Positions 38,715 through 50,685 of a stretch of 64,000 nucleotides of DNA are shown one piece after another. Position numbers and translations under genes: made by a program. Where the stretch lies: assembly GCA_013239625.1 (NCBI GenBank), contig MU054132.1, positions 1-64,000 of the forward strand, in the 5' to 3' direction. The notes under the pieces were generated by a model, which worked only from the letters and a program-made list of their open reading frames with translations, made no database searches and was not told the DNA's origin. Source of the DNA: Lama guanicoe (lineage: Eukaryota). Each line of letters begins with the position of its first letter. Positions within the stretch are counted from its first letter, which is position 1.

Positions 38715-41068
38715 TTATCTTTAAAATAATATTAGACATTTACTATATGTTAAATATTAAATGCAAATTAGGTGTGTAGTAAAGGTAGATTAACATAGAT
38801 TTGTTAAATATGAATAAACTGAATTTCCTCTTAGAAATCATGTTGAAACATACTACCTTTCAAAGCAAGTAGTTTCAGACTTGGCTTCTCAAATGTATAC
38901 TGAGAAGAAGTTAAAGAAATATGTAGGGTGTTTTTACATGCATAGATAACATTTTTAATGAAAAATACCTATTTTCCAAAACTTCTCCAAAAATGTCTGT
39001 GAGAAGAATGACCTTATGGAGTTTTTTCCCTTAGGTTTTCTTTTGGGGGTGGGGAGGAGGGTTCTTTTTTTTTATTTTTTATTGTGGTAAAATATGCATA
39101 AAATTTACCATTTTCATCACTTTTAAGTGCATAGTTCAGTGGCATTAAATACATTCACATTGTTATGTAATCATTATCACTACCCACCTCTGGAACTTTT
39201 TTATTGTCCTAAACTCATTAAACAATAACTCCTCATTATCTCCTCTCTCAGTCCCTGTTAAACACTATCCTTTCTGTCTCTCTGAATTTGACTATTTTAG
39301 GTACTTCATGTTAGTGGCATCTTACTGTATCTGTTCTTCTGTCACTGGTTTATTTCACTTAGCACAAAATCTTTAAGGTTAATCCATGTTGTAGCATGTG
39401 TCAAAATTTCCTTCCTTTTTAAAAACTTTATTTTTTATTTATTTTTAGTTGAAATACAATATTATTAATTGAAATACAATTATTATGTTAGTTTCAGATG
39501 TGCTACATAGTGATTTGACATTTACATACATTACAAAATGATCACTGTGATAAATCTAGTAACCATCTGTCTCCATACAAAGTTTTTACAATATTATTGA
39601 CCATATTCCTTATGATGTATACAGTACATCCCTGTGGCTTATTTATTTTATAAATGGAAGTCTGTATCTCTTAATCCTCATCACTTATTTTGCCCAAAGT
39701 CCCCCACCCCTCCAAATCTGGCAACCACTCATTTGTTTTCTGTATCTATGAGTGTTTTCATTTTGCCTTGTTTTGCTTTTTAGATTTCACAAATAGTGAG
39801 ATTATGTGGTATCTGTCTTTCTCTGTCTTATTCCACTTAGCATAATACTCTACTTCCATCCATGTTGTTGCAAATGACAATTTCATTCTTTTTTATGGCT
39901 GAGTAATATTTTATTACACACACATCTCCATCCATTCATTTTAGGTTCCTCACATATCCTGGCTACTGAAAGTAATGTTGCATACCAGGTACATAAATCT
40001 TTCTAAATTATTGTTTTTGTTTTCCTTGGGAAAATATCCAGAAGTGGAATTGCTGGATCATTTTCAATTTTTCAATTTTTTGTTAAGTCCCCAAACTGTC
40101 TTCCATAGTGGCTGCACCAATTTACATTCCCACCAACAGTGTGCAAAGGTTCCCTTTTCTCCACATGTTAAACTTTTGTTCTTTGTGTGGTTTGGGTTTT
40201 TTGTTTTGTTTTGTTTTTTTGATTATAGCCACTCTGACAGATGTGAAATGATACCTCATTGTGGTTTTGATTTGCGTTTCCCGGATGATTAGTGATGTTG
40301 AGCAGCTTTTCATGTGTCTGTTGGCTCTCAGTCTGTTCTAGGAAAATGTCTGTTCATGTCCTCTGACAATTTTTTAATGAATTTTTTTTCTTTTGATATT
40401 GAGTTATATGAGTTTTTATATTTTTTGGATATTAACCTCTTATCAGATATGTCATTTGCAAACATCTTCTATTCAGTAGGCAGCCTTTTTATTTGACTGA
40501 TGGTTTCCCTTCTCTGTGCAAAAGCAAGTGGGTCTGATCTGGGCTCCTGTCAAATTGCCACCTCTGCACTGGGACTTGGAGCATGTGAGATTCTGCATGT
40601 GTCCCTTAAGAAAATTTTCCTTTTTAAGTCTGAATAGCATTTCATTGTATGGCTATACCATATTTTATCTATCCACCCATCCATCCATGGACACTGGGTT
40701 GCTTCCACCTTTTGGCTGTTCTGAACAATACTGCTATGATCATTGGTGGGCATATATCCATTTAAGTCTCTGCTTTCAATTCTCTGTGGTATATACATAG
40801 AAGAGGGACTACTGGATCACATGTTCATTCTGTGTTTAATTTTTGAGGAACCACCATACTGTCCTCCACAGCAGCTGCACCATTCTATATACCACTGACA
40901 AAGCACAAGAGTTTCAGTTTTTCCACATCCTCATCAGCATTTGCTTTTTGGGTTTTGTTGTTGTTTTTTAATAAGAATAATCCTTGGAGTGGCATTGTCT
41001 TGCACTTTTATAAAGCAAATCTCTGACTTAATGAAAGATAGTTGGATTCTTACATCTGCTTCTGCATT
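38715..41068. mobile_element. Charlie1-like hAT DNA transposon remnant (38715-39012 and 40987-41068) split by older L1M-type and younger L1 fragments
   Basis: aatgaaaaatacctattttccaaaac...gtgagaaga and gagtggcattg...gttggattcttacatctgcttctgcatt resemble consecutive Charlie1 sequence. Confidence 0.6.
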
Positions 41069-41294
41069 TTTTTCTGTTTTATTGAGGTAAAGTTAACAAA
41101 TAAAAATTAGATATATAAGGTAAACAACATGTTGATTTGGTAATGCATATACTTTGTGAAATGCTTACCACAATCAAGCCAATTAACACATCTATCACCT
41201 TACATAGTTACCTTTTTGTGTATCTGGTGAAAACACTCAAGATCTACTCTCAGCAAATTTCAAGGAAATAATACGTTATCATTGTTGTTGTTAT

Positions 41295-44180
41295 TATTTT
41301 AAATCACTGTACTTCAATTAAAAAGCAATCAACAAACCAACCCATTTAAAATATGGGCAGAAGAACTGAACAGATAGTTTTCCAAAAGAGGAAATGCAGA
41401 TGGCCCACAGGAACATAAAATGTTGCTCAACATCACCAATATCAGGGAAATGAAAATCAAAATCACAATGAGATATGATCTAACACGTGTCAGAATGGCC
41501 AACATTAAAAAAAAACAAACCCACAAATAACAAATGTTGGTGAGGATGTGGAGAAAGGGGAACATTTGCACACACTGTTGATGGGAATGTAAATTAGTGC
41601 AGCCGCTATGGAAAACAATATGGAGGTTTCTCAAAACCCCAAAAATAGTACCACCACATGGCCCAGCAACTCTACTCCTGGGCATGTATCTGAGAAAAAG
41701 AAAAACATTATTCAAAAAGATACATACACCCCACTATTAACAGCAACATTACTTACAATTGCCAAGATATGGGTGCATCCCAAGTGCACAGCAATAGATG
41801 AATGGACAAAGAAGACATAGCACATATATGCCATGGAATACAATTCACCCACAAAAAAGTTTATTTTGCCATTTGTGGCCCTTCATTCACTTTTTTTTTT
41901 CACTTCCAAAACCAGAATTTTATAACTGGTGTTAACATTTCCATTGTATCAAGAACAATAAAATACCTAGAAACAAATTTAACCAAGGAGGTTAACTGCC
42001 CTCTGAGAACTGTAAAAACACTGATGAAGGAAATTGCAGATGATGCAAAGAAGTAAAAAGACATCTTGTGCTCTTGGATTGGAAAAATAAACATTATCAA
42101 AATGGCTCTACTACCCAAAGCAACCTACAGATCAAGTGCAACCCCTGTCAAAACACTCATGACAATTTTCACAGAACTAGAACAAACAATTCCAAAATTT
42201 ATATGGGACCATAAAAGACCCCAAACTGCCAAAGCAATCTTTTTTTTCCCCCTCTTTCTTCTTTTTGTTCTCTTTTCTTGTGGTTTGATGACTAGAGAAG
42301 GTCCTTTAACATTTGTTGTAAAGCTGGTTTGGTGGTGCTGAATTCTTTTAGCTTTTGTTTATCTGTGAAGCTTTGATTTCTCCATCAAATCTGAATGAGA
42401 GCCTTGCCTGGATAGAGTGTTCTTGGTTGTAAGTTTTCCCCTTTCATCACCTTATATAGATCGTGCCACTACCTTCTGGCCTGAAGAGTTTCTGCTGAAA
42501 AATCAGCTGATAACATACAAGGGAACTCCCAGAAGGTTATTTTTTGCTTTTCTCTTGATAATTTTAATATTTTCTCCTCATCCTTTTTGTCAATTTGATT
42601 ACTATATGCCTTGGTATGTTCCACTTTGGGTTGATCCTGTGTGCAACTCTCTGCACTTCCAGGACTTGCGTGAGTGTTTCCTTTCCCAAGATAGGGTAGT
42701 TTTCGTTTATCATCTCTTCAAAAATTTTCTCAGGTCCTTTCTCTCTTCTCTTTCTGGACCCCTATAATGTGAATATTAGCCTGCTTCATGTTGTCCCAGA
42801 GTTTTCTTAAACTATCCTTATTTCTTCATTCTTTTTTCTGTTCTGCAGTAGTGATGTCCACTAGTCTGTCTAGTTCACTGATCTGTTCTTCTGCCTCATT
42901 TAGTCTATTCTTGGTTCCTTCTAGTGTGTTATTCATTTCAGTGATTTTATTCTTCAACTCTGTTTGGGTATTCTTTATATTTTCCAACTCTTTGCTAAAA
43001 ACTTCACTCTGTGCATCTATACTCCTCTTGAGTTCTCTGAACATCTTTGCCATCATTATTCTAAACTCTTTCTTGAATAAATTGCCTATCTCATCACTTA
43101 TTTCTTCTGGGATTTTATCTTGTGCCTTGGCCTGGGAGCTATTTCTCTGCTGCCTCATATTGCCTGTCTTTCTTTTTTGGGGGGGTAGGTTAATTATATT
43201 TCTTGACCTTGGAGCAATGGCCCTCTGTGGAATATGTCCTATGCATCCCAGAAGTACATTCCTCTCTTGTCACCCTAGGGCAAGGGCCCAGCCTGTCCCA
43301 GCGTAGAGTCTGGTCTGCATTTGTGGATTCCTTCCACAGGCTTTAGGGTTGTTGTTTAATTACTTCTGGTATCTGCCCCCTGGTGGATGAGGCTGGACTA
43401 AAATCTTACTTAGGTTTCCTGGTAGGAGTCGAGTCATTGCCTGCCCACTGTTGGGTGAAGCTTGTTCCTGGACCTCTGGTGGGTAGGGCTGTGTCTAGAG
43501 GTGTTTGTGGCTCAGGAAGCCTGCTGATGGGTGGGGCTAGGTCTTGGTGTTAATGATCCAATCAAGACAGCTTCCAAGAAATCTCATGCAGATGAACAGT
43601 CCCGGAATGTCTGCCACCAGCTTTTATGCCCCCTGGGTGAGCCATATTCGTCCCCAACCTCCCCATGAGACCCTCCAAAACCAGCAGGCAGATCTGGTCT
43701 GGGTTCCTCTGAAGTCATTGCCTCTGCCATTGGAGCTGGTGCACGTGAGATTCTGTGTACACTTCCCAAGAGAATGAAGTCTTTGTTTTCCCCAGTCCCA
43801 TGGGCTCCTGGAGTTAAGCCCCACTGGCCTTCAAAACCAGATGTCCTGGGGTCTCCCCCCACCAATGCCAGAACCCTGGGCTGGGGGACCTGACATGGGG
43901 ATCAGAACTCTCACTCCTGTGGGAGGGCCTCTGTGACAATGATTCTTTAGCTTGTGGGTCGCCCAGCCCAGGGGTAATGGGGCCTGATTTTATAATTAGA
44001 ATGCCCCTACTACCATCCCACTGTGGTTCCATCTTTGTTTCCACTTGAAGATCTTTTTTGCTAGGTTCCAGTCTTTTTTTTTTTTCTGATGGTTGTTTAG
44101 CAGTCAGTTGTGGTTTTGCTGTAGTCGTGAAGAGAGGCAAGCTCGTGGTCCTACTACTCTTGTCAACTTGACTGGCAATC
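41295..44180 (-). mobile_element. ORF1-only (HAL1-like) L1 derivative, copy 1: 5' UTR, disrupted ORF1 (43158 to ~42290), antisense ORF2 segments (41330-42240)
   Basis: ORF1p N-terminal coiled coil MRQQRNSSQAKAQDK...EFRIMMAKMFRELK. ORF2 pieces are on the opposite strand. Junctions are shared with copy 2. Confidence 0.75.
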
Positions 44181-45187
44181 CTATTGTTTGTGGACTTTTT
44201 AGTGATGGCCATTCTGATCGGTGTGAGGTGATACCTCATTGTAGTTTTTGATTTGCATTTCTCTGTTAATTATTGATACTGAGCATCTTTTCATGTGCCT
44301 GTACGTATGTCTTCACTGGAAAATCTATGTTTTCATTGGCATTCTGTATGTCTCCATTAGAGAAAAGAGAAATGCCTGTTTAGGTCTTCTGCCCGTTTCT
44401 TGACTGGTTTTTTATTTTGTTTTGGTTTTGGTGTTGAATTGCAGTGGCTGTTTGTATATTCTGGAAGTTCAGCCCTTGAGGTGGCATCATTTGCAAATAT
44501 TTTCTCCCAGTCCGTACGTTGTCTTTTCATTTTGTTTATGATTTCCTTTGTTGTGCAAAAGCTTATAAATTTAATTAGGTCCCATTTGTTTTTGCTTTTA
44601 TTTTTATTGCCTTGGTAGACTGACCTAGGAGAAAATTGCTACGATTTATGTCTGAGATGTTTTGTCTATGTTCTCTACTAGATGTATGGTATTTAAGTCT
44701 TTAAAGCATTTTGAGTTTACTTTTGTGTATGGTGTGAAGGAGTGTTCTGACTTCATTGATTTATATGCAGCTGTTCAGTTTCCCCAATACTGCTTACTGA
44801 AGGACTGTCTTTACTCCACTGTATATTCTCGCCTCCTTTATTGAAGGTTAATTTGACCATAAGTATGTGGGTTTATTTCTGGGCCCTCTATTCTGTTTCA
44901 TTGATCCATGAGTATGTTTTTGTGCCATTACCATGCTGTTTTGATTACTGTACCCCTGTAGTATTGTCTGAATTCTGGGAGGATTCTGCTTCATTTTCTT
45001 CAGAATTGCTTTGGCAATTCTGGGACTTTTGTGATTCTATTTAAGTTTTAGGATTACTTATTCTATTTCTGGAGAAAAAAAAAGTCCTGGGTAATTTGAT
45101 AGGGATTGCCTTAAATCTTTAAGGTTGCTTTGGGGGGAATGGCCATCTTAACTATTAATTCTTCCAATCCAAGATCATGGGGTATCT

Positions 45188-48100
45188 CTTCTTTCCTTCT
45201 TTTCTTCTTCTCCTTTTTTTTTTCTTTTTTTTTTTTAATAGACTTTATTCTTTTAGAGCAGTTTCAGGTTCACAACAGAACTGAGGAGAAAATACAGAGT
45301 TCACACATAGCCCTCGCCACCCACACATATATACCCCCCTACCCTCAACATCCATCAGTAGTGTGGCATATTTGGTACAATTTATGAACCAACAGGCACA
45401 TTATTATCAACCAAAGTCCGTAGTTTACATTAGGGTTCAACTCTTGATGTACATTCTGTGGGTTTTGACAAATGCATAATGACACGTAGCCATCACTATA
45501 GTATCATACAGAATAATTTCATTGCCCTAAAAATACCATGTGCTCCATCTATTCATTCCTCCCTCCCTCCCTCTCCCCAACCCCCTGGAAACCATGATCT
45601 TTTTATTGTTTCTGTAGCTGTGCCTTTTCCAGAATGTCATTTGTTTGGAATTGTACAGTTTGTAGCCTTTTCAGACTGGCTTCTTTCATTCAGTAATATG
45701 TCTTTTAAGTTTCTTCTACGTCTTTCATGGCTTGATAGATTTTTTTTTGATACGCATATATTTTTAAATTTACACATATATACTGTTCATTGTTTCTAAG
45801 AACACTTAGAGCTTTAGCTTTTTAAACTTACATAGTTATCAAAGGAATAAAGCCAACCACAATATAAGAATTAACTCCAAAAGATACATACACCCTGCTG
45901 TTAACAGCAACATTATTTATAATTGCAAAGAGATGGAAGCATCCTAAGTGCACATCAATTGTTGAATAGATAATGAAGATGCAGCATATATATCTATGTA
46001 ATGGAATACAGCTCACCCATAAAAAGGACATTTTGCCACTTGTGGCTCTTAATTCCTTTTTTTTTTTCTTCACTTCAAAAACCAGAATTTTATAACTGGC
46101 AGAGACATTTCCATTACATCAGAAACAGCAAAATACCTAGAAACAAACCCAATCAATCAAGGAGGTTACCTATACTCTGAAAACCAAAATGACACAAAGA
46201 AATGGAAAGATTTCTTGTGCTCTTGGATTAGAAGAATCAGCACCATCAAAATGGCCACACTACCCAAAGCAATCCACAGATCAATGCAACCCCCATCAAA
46301 ATACTCGTGACATTCCTCACAGAACTAGAACAGACAATTCCAAAATTTATAAGGAACCACAAAAGACCCCAAACAGCCAAAGCAATCTTTTGTAGGTCTC
46401 TTTTTTTTCCCTGTCTCTCTCCTTTTTCTCTTTTCTTATGGTTTGATGTATAGAAAAGGTCCTTTATCACTTGTTGAAAAGCTGGCTTGGTCGTGCTGAA
46501 ATCTTTCAGCTTTTGTTTATCTGTGAAGCTTTTGATTTCTCCATCAAGTCTGAATGAGAGCCTTGCTGGATAGAGTATTCTTGGTTCTAAGTTTCCCCCT
46601 TGCATCACTTTGTACTTTGCCACTCCATTCTGGCCTGAAGAGTTTCTGCTGAAAAATCAGCTGATAACCTTATGGGTGTTCCCTTGTATGTTATTTGTTG
46701 CTTTTCTCTTGATAATTTTAGTATTTTCTCCTTATCTTTAATTGTTGCCAATTTGATGACCATGTGCCTTGGTGTGTTCCTCTTTGGGTTGATTCTGTGT
46801 GGTACTCTTTGCACTTCCAGGACTTGCGTGACTGTTTCATTTCCCAAGTTGGGGACGTTTTCAGTTATTATCTCTCCAAAATTTTTCTCAGGTCCTTTCT
46901 CTCTCTCTTCTCTTTCTGAGACCCCTATAATGCGAATATTGGAGTGCTTCATGTTGTCCTAGAGTTCTTTTAAACTATCCTCATGCCTTTTTATTCCTTT
47001 TTCTTTTTTCTGTTCTGAAGTAGTGATTTCCACTAATCTGTCTTCTAACTCACTGATCTGTTCTTCTGCCTCGTTTAGTCTATTCTTGGTTCCTTCTAGT
47101 GTGTTATTCATTTCAGTGACTTTATTCTTCAAACCTGGGTATTCTTTATATTTTCCAACTCTTTGCTAAAAACTTCACTCTGTGCATCTATACTCCTCTT
47201 GAGTTCTCTGAACATCTTGGCCATCATTAATCTCTTTCTCAGATAAATTACCTATCTCCTTATTTCTTCTGGGATTTTATCTTGTGCCTTGGCCTGGGAG
47301 ATATTCCTTTGCTGGCTCATATTGTCTATCTTCCTATGTGTTTTGGATTCCTTCCACAGGCTTTAGGATTATTGTTTTCTTATTTCTAGTACCTGCCCCT
47401 GGTGGATGAGGCTGGACTAGAGGCTTATGCAGGTTTCCTGGCAGGAGGAGCCAGTGCCTGCCCACTGCTGGGTGAAGCTTGGTCCTGGACCTCTGGTGCA
47501 TAGGGCTGTGTCTAGAGGCCTTTGTGGCTTAGGAAGTCTGATGATTGGTATGGCTGTGTTCCTATCCTGTACGTTGTCTGGCCTCAGGCTTCTCTACAGG
47601 CTGTTGGGTGGGGCTAAGTCTTGGTGCCAATGATCCAATCAAGATGTCACCCTCCAGGAAAGCTCATGTAGATGAACAGTCCCAGAATGTCTGCCACCAG
47701 CTTTTATGTCCCCAGAGTGAGCCACAGCCGTCCCCCACATCCCCAGGAGACCCTCCAAACCCAGCAGGCAGGTCTGGCCCAGGTTGCTATGAAATCGCTG
47801 CCTCTGCCCATGGACCTGGTGCACGTGTTTCCGTGTACGCTTCTCAAGTGAATGGAGTCTGTTTCTCCCAGTCCCATGGAGTTAAGCCCCACTGGTCTTC
47901 AAAACCGGATGTCCTGGGGTCTCCTTTCCCCAATGCCAGGACCTGAGCTGGGGAGCCTGATGAAGGGCTTAGAGCTCTCACTCCTGTGGGAGGGCACCTG
48001 GGACTTAACAAATCTTCAGCTTGTGGGTCACCCACCTGAGAGGTATGGGGTCCAATTATATCATGAGCATACCCCTCCTACCATCCTGCTGTGGTTCCCT

Positions 48101-48240
48101 CTTTACGTTTTCAGTTACGGATCTTTTTTGCTAGGTTCGTCTTTTTTGAACTGTTGTTGAGCATCCAGTTGTGGTTTCATTGTAGTCGCAAGGAGAGGCA
48201 AGCTCGTGCTCCTACCACTCCACCATCTTGACCAGAACTC
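45188..48240 (-). mobile_element. ORF1-only (HAL1-like) L1 derivative, copy 2, apparently full length (3.05 kb)
   Basis: Perfect 20-bp TSD tccaagatcatggggtatct at 45168-45187 and 48241-48260. 5' UTR, then ORF1 (NIRIIGVSEREEREKG..., LEPRILYPARLSF...), antisense ORF2 pieces at 45875-46390, an L1M-type 3' end and an A-tail. Confidence 0.82.
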
Positions 48241-49744
48241 TCCAAGATCATGGGGTATCTTTTCATTTCTTTAAATCATCTTCAATTCCATTTACCTCAA
48301 TGTTTTAAAAAGTTCTCGGTGTATAAGTGTTTGACCTCTTTGGTCAGATTTACTCCTAAGTATTCTATTTTTTATTTCTGGTATGATTTTAAAAGGGATT
48401 GTTTTCTGACATTTCATTGTTTCTGTATGTTAATCTTGTATCCTCTTACTTGCTGAATTCATTTATCACCTCTAGTAAGTTTTTACATGGAGTAATCTTT
48501 AAGGTTTTCTATATAGAGTATCATGTTATCCACATATAGTGACAATTTTACCTCTTCCCTTCCAATGTGGATCCCTTTTAAAAAACTGTCTGATTGCTAT
48601 GACTAGAACTTCCAATATTAGACTGAATTGAAGTGGTGAGAATGAGCATCCTTGTCTTGTTCCAAATTTTAGTGGGAAGGTTTTGTTTTACACTGTTGAG
48701 GATTATATTGGCTGTTTGTTATAGCTTTTATTATATTGAGATATTTTCCCTTTATACCTACTTTAGTAAATTTTCATCATGAATAGATGTTAAATTTTAT
48801 CAAATGCCTTTTCTGCATCTATTGAGATGATCATGTGGCTTCTGTCCTTTTGTTGTTGGGGTGTATCACATTGATTTGCATATGTTTAACCATCCTTGTA
48901 ACTTTGGGATGAATCTGACTTGATCATAGTGGATGATCTTTATGTGTTGTTGGATTCAGTTTGCTAATACTTCGTTGAGAATTTTTTGTATCTATATTCA
49001 TCAAAGATACTGGCCTGTAATCTTCTTTGGCAGTGTCTTTGTCTGGTTTTGGTATTAGGGTGATGGCTTCATAGAATGAGTTTGGGAATGTTCCCTCCTT
49101 TTCAGTCTTTTGGAAGAGTTTGAGAAAAGTCCGTATAAATTTTTCTTTGTATGTCTGGTAGAAAACCCCAGGGCAGACACCTGCACTTTTGTTTGCAGGG
49201 AGGTTTTAAAATTACAGATTCTATTTCACATCTAGTGATCTTGTCTGTTCATCCATTTCTTCTTGATTCACTTTTGATGGGCTATTTATTTCTAGAAACT
49301 TAGTTATTTTCTAGGTTGTCCAATTTGTTGGCATATAAATTGTTCACAGCACCCTATTTTTTTTTCGTACTTTGTGATATTGGTTGTAATTTCTCCTCTT
49401 TCATTTCTTATTTTGTTCATTTGAGTCACCTCTCTTTTCTTCTTAATGAGCCTAGCCAGAGGCTGTTGATACTCTTTCCTCCTTCAGACAACTAGCTCTT
49501 GGTTTTATTTTTTCTGTTGATTTTTGAATGTCTCCTATTTCCTCCCTGACCTTTATTCTTTCTTTCCTTCTGGTAACTAAGTTTTGTTTGTTCTTTTTCT
49601 TATCTAAGAATTATATTTCCTTCTTTCATTCAAATTGACTCAGTCCATATGCAGCTTTGAGATTTTCATCTCTCTTATTATTTGTACTAAGGTGCTTATT
49701 CTACCTTAGAATCTTTCTGCATTGTTGTATTTATGTGAATGGTG

Positions 49745-49878
49745 GGGGGAGGATACAGCTCAGAGGTAGAATGCCTGCTTAGCATGCACAAGGTCCTGGG
49801 TTCAACCTCCAGTACCTCCGTTAAATATATATATAAATAAATAAACCTAACTACCTCCCTAAAAATTAAAAAAAAAAA
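49745..49878 (+). mobile_element. tRNA-derived SINE, camelid Vic-1-like
   Basis: ggggggaggatacagctcagaggtag...ggtcctgggttcaacctccagtacc followed by an A-tail. Confidence 0.85.
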
Positions 49879-50034
49879 TTTACAAAAAATTAATAGTATT
49901 TCTACAAGCCTCGTATTTAAACAATATATTTGTTTATGGGTATTATGTAACATGAAATGATTATACATCAATGTAGAACTTTTTCATTCATTCTTACATA
50001 GATAACAGGCAAGGTTTTTGCACAAAAGATTGGT

Positions 50035-50040
50035 TTTATT
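50035..50040 (-). promoter_or_regulatory. Candidate LRRC2 polyadenylation signal (AATAAA), implying a ~1.8 kb 3' UTR
   Basis: tttatt on the + strand at the distal end of the unique sequence following the last exon. Other hexamers exist (e.g. ~50797), so the choice is uncertain. Confidence 0.35.
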
Positions 50041-50506
50041 GAAATTTTACATAACTTATTGACAGTCAATTTATGTGGAAGCCCTTATTTCCCCCCTTCT
50101 CAGATATTTCCATTTGGCATGAAATAAAATTCCAAATTCATTCAAGCTGTATAACTAAATTTAAGTATTTTTAATGTGTTAAAAAGAAAAATACAACTGA
50201 GGTTCAATTAAAGTGATTTCTTGTTTTCCTACTCTTTTCATCTCTTAAAAACAAACTCTGAAAAGTAGGTTAAGTTGAAGCAGTGCTCTACTGAAGCATT
50301 ATCATGTTTTAAAATGTTCTGCTTATTTTATGTCTGTTAAGGATAAACTATTCAGAATTATGATTAAGTCAATCAAGGCAAATTATTGGTTGTCAGTATT
50401 AACCCCTCTTGGGGTAGGCTAGTTCTTCAGATAAGAAAATAAAAACCAAACAAAAAATCTCCCTTCATTTCTAGCACAGATTAGCTTCCAAAAAACCCAA
50501 CTGGCT

Positions 50507-50685
50507 AGACCTGTGCTGTCCAATATGAAAGCTACTTTTGGCTACTTAAACTTAAATGTAACTAAAAATTCTTCAGTCATACCAGACATTGCTCAGGAAG
50601 CACATACATCTGGTGATTACTAAATTGGACAGCATAGATGTGGAAAATTTCTATCACTGTAGAAAGTTCAACTGGACAGCACTGG
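50507..50685. mobile_element. MER3-like hAT MITE in the presumed LRRC2 3' UTR
   Basis: Inverted termini ctgtgctgtccaa...ctggacagcactg. Confidence 0.7.

Larger units (their letters stand above)
37821..49600 (-). mobile_element. 5'-truncated L1 (ORF2 RT region to 3' end) split into three collinear pieces: 37821-38547, 44181-45187, 48241-49600
   Basis: ccagcatttatcattgttt (38530-38547) continues as attgtttgtggacttttt (44183). The second break carries a 20-bp TSD. ORF2 C-terminal peptide at 38268-38477. Confidence 0.8.

Noticed and set aside
40515..40610. L1 5' UTR piece fused to late ORF2, a possible spliced L1 retrocopy
   Set aside because: The junction lies in a short gct microhomology rather than at a GT donor, so deletion or template switching is more likely.
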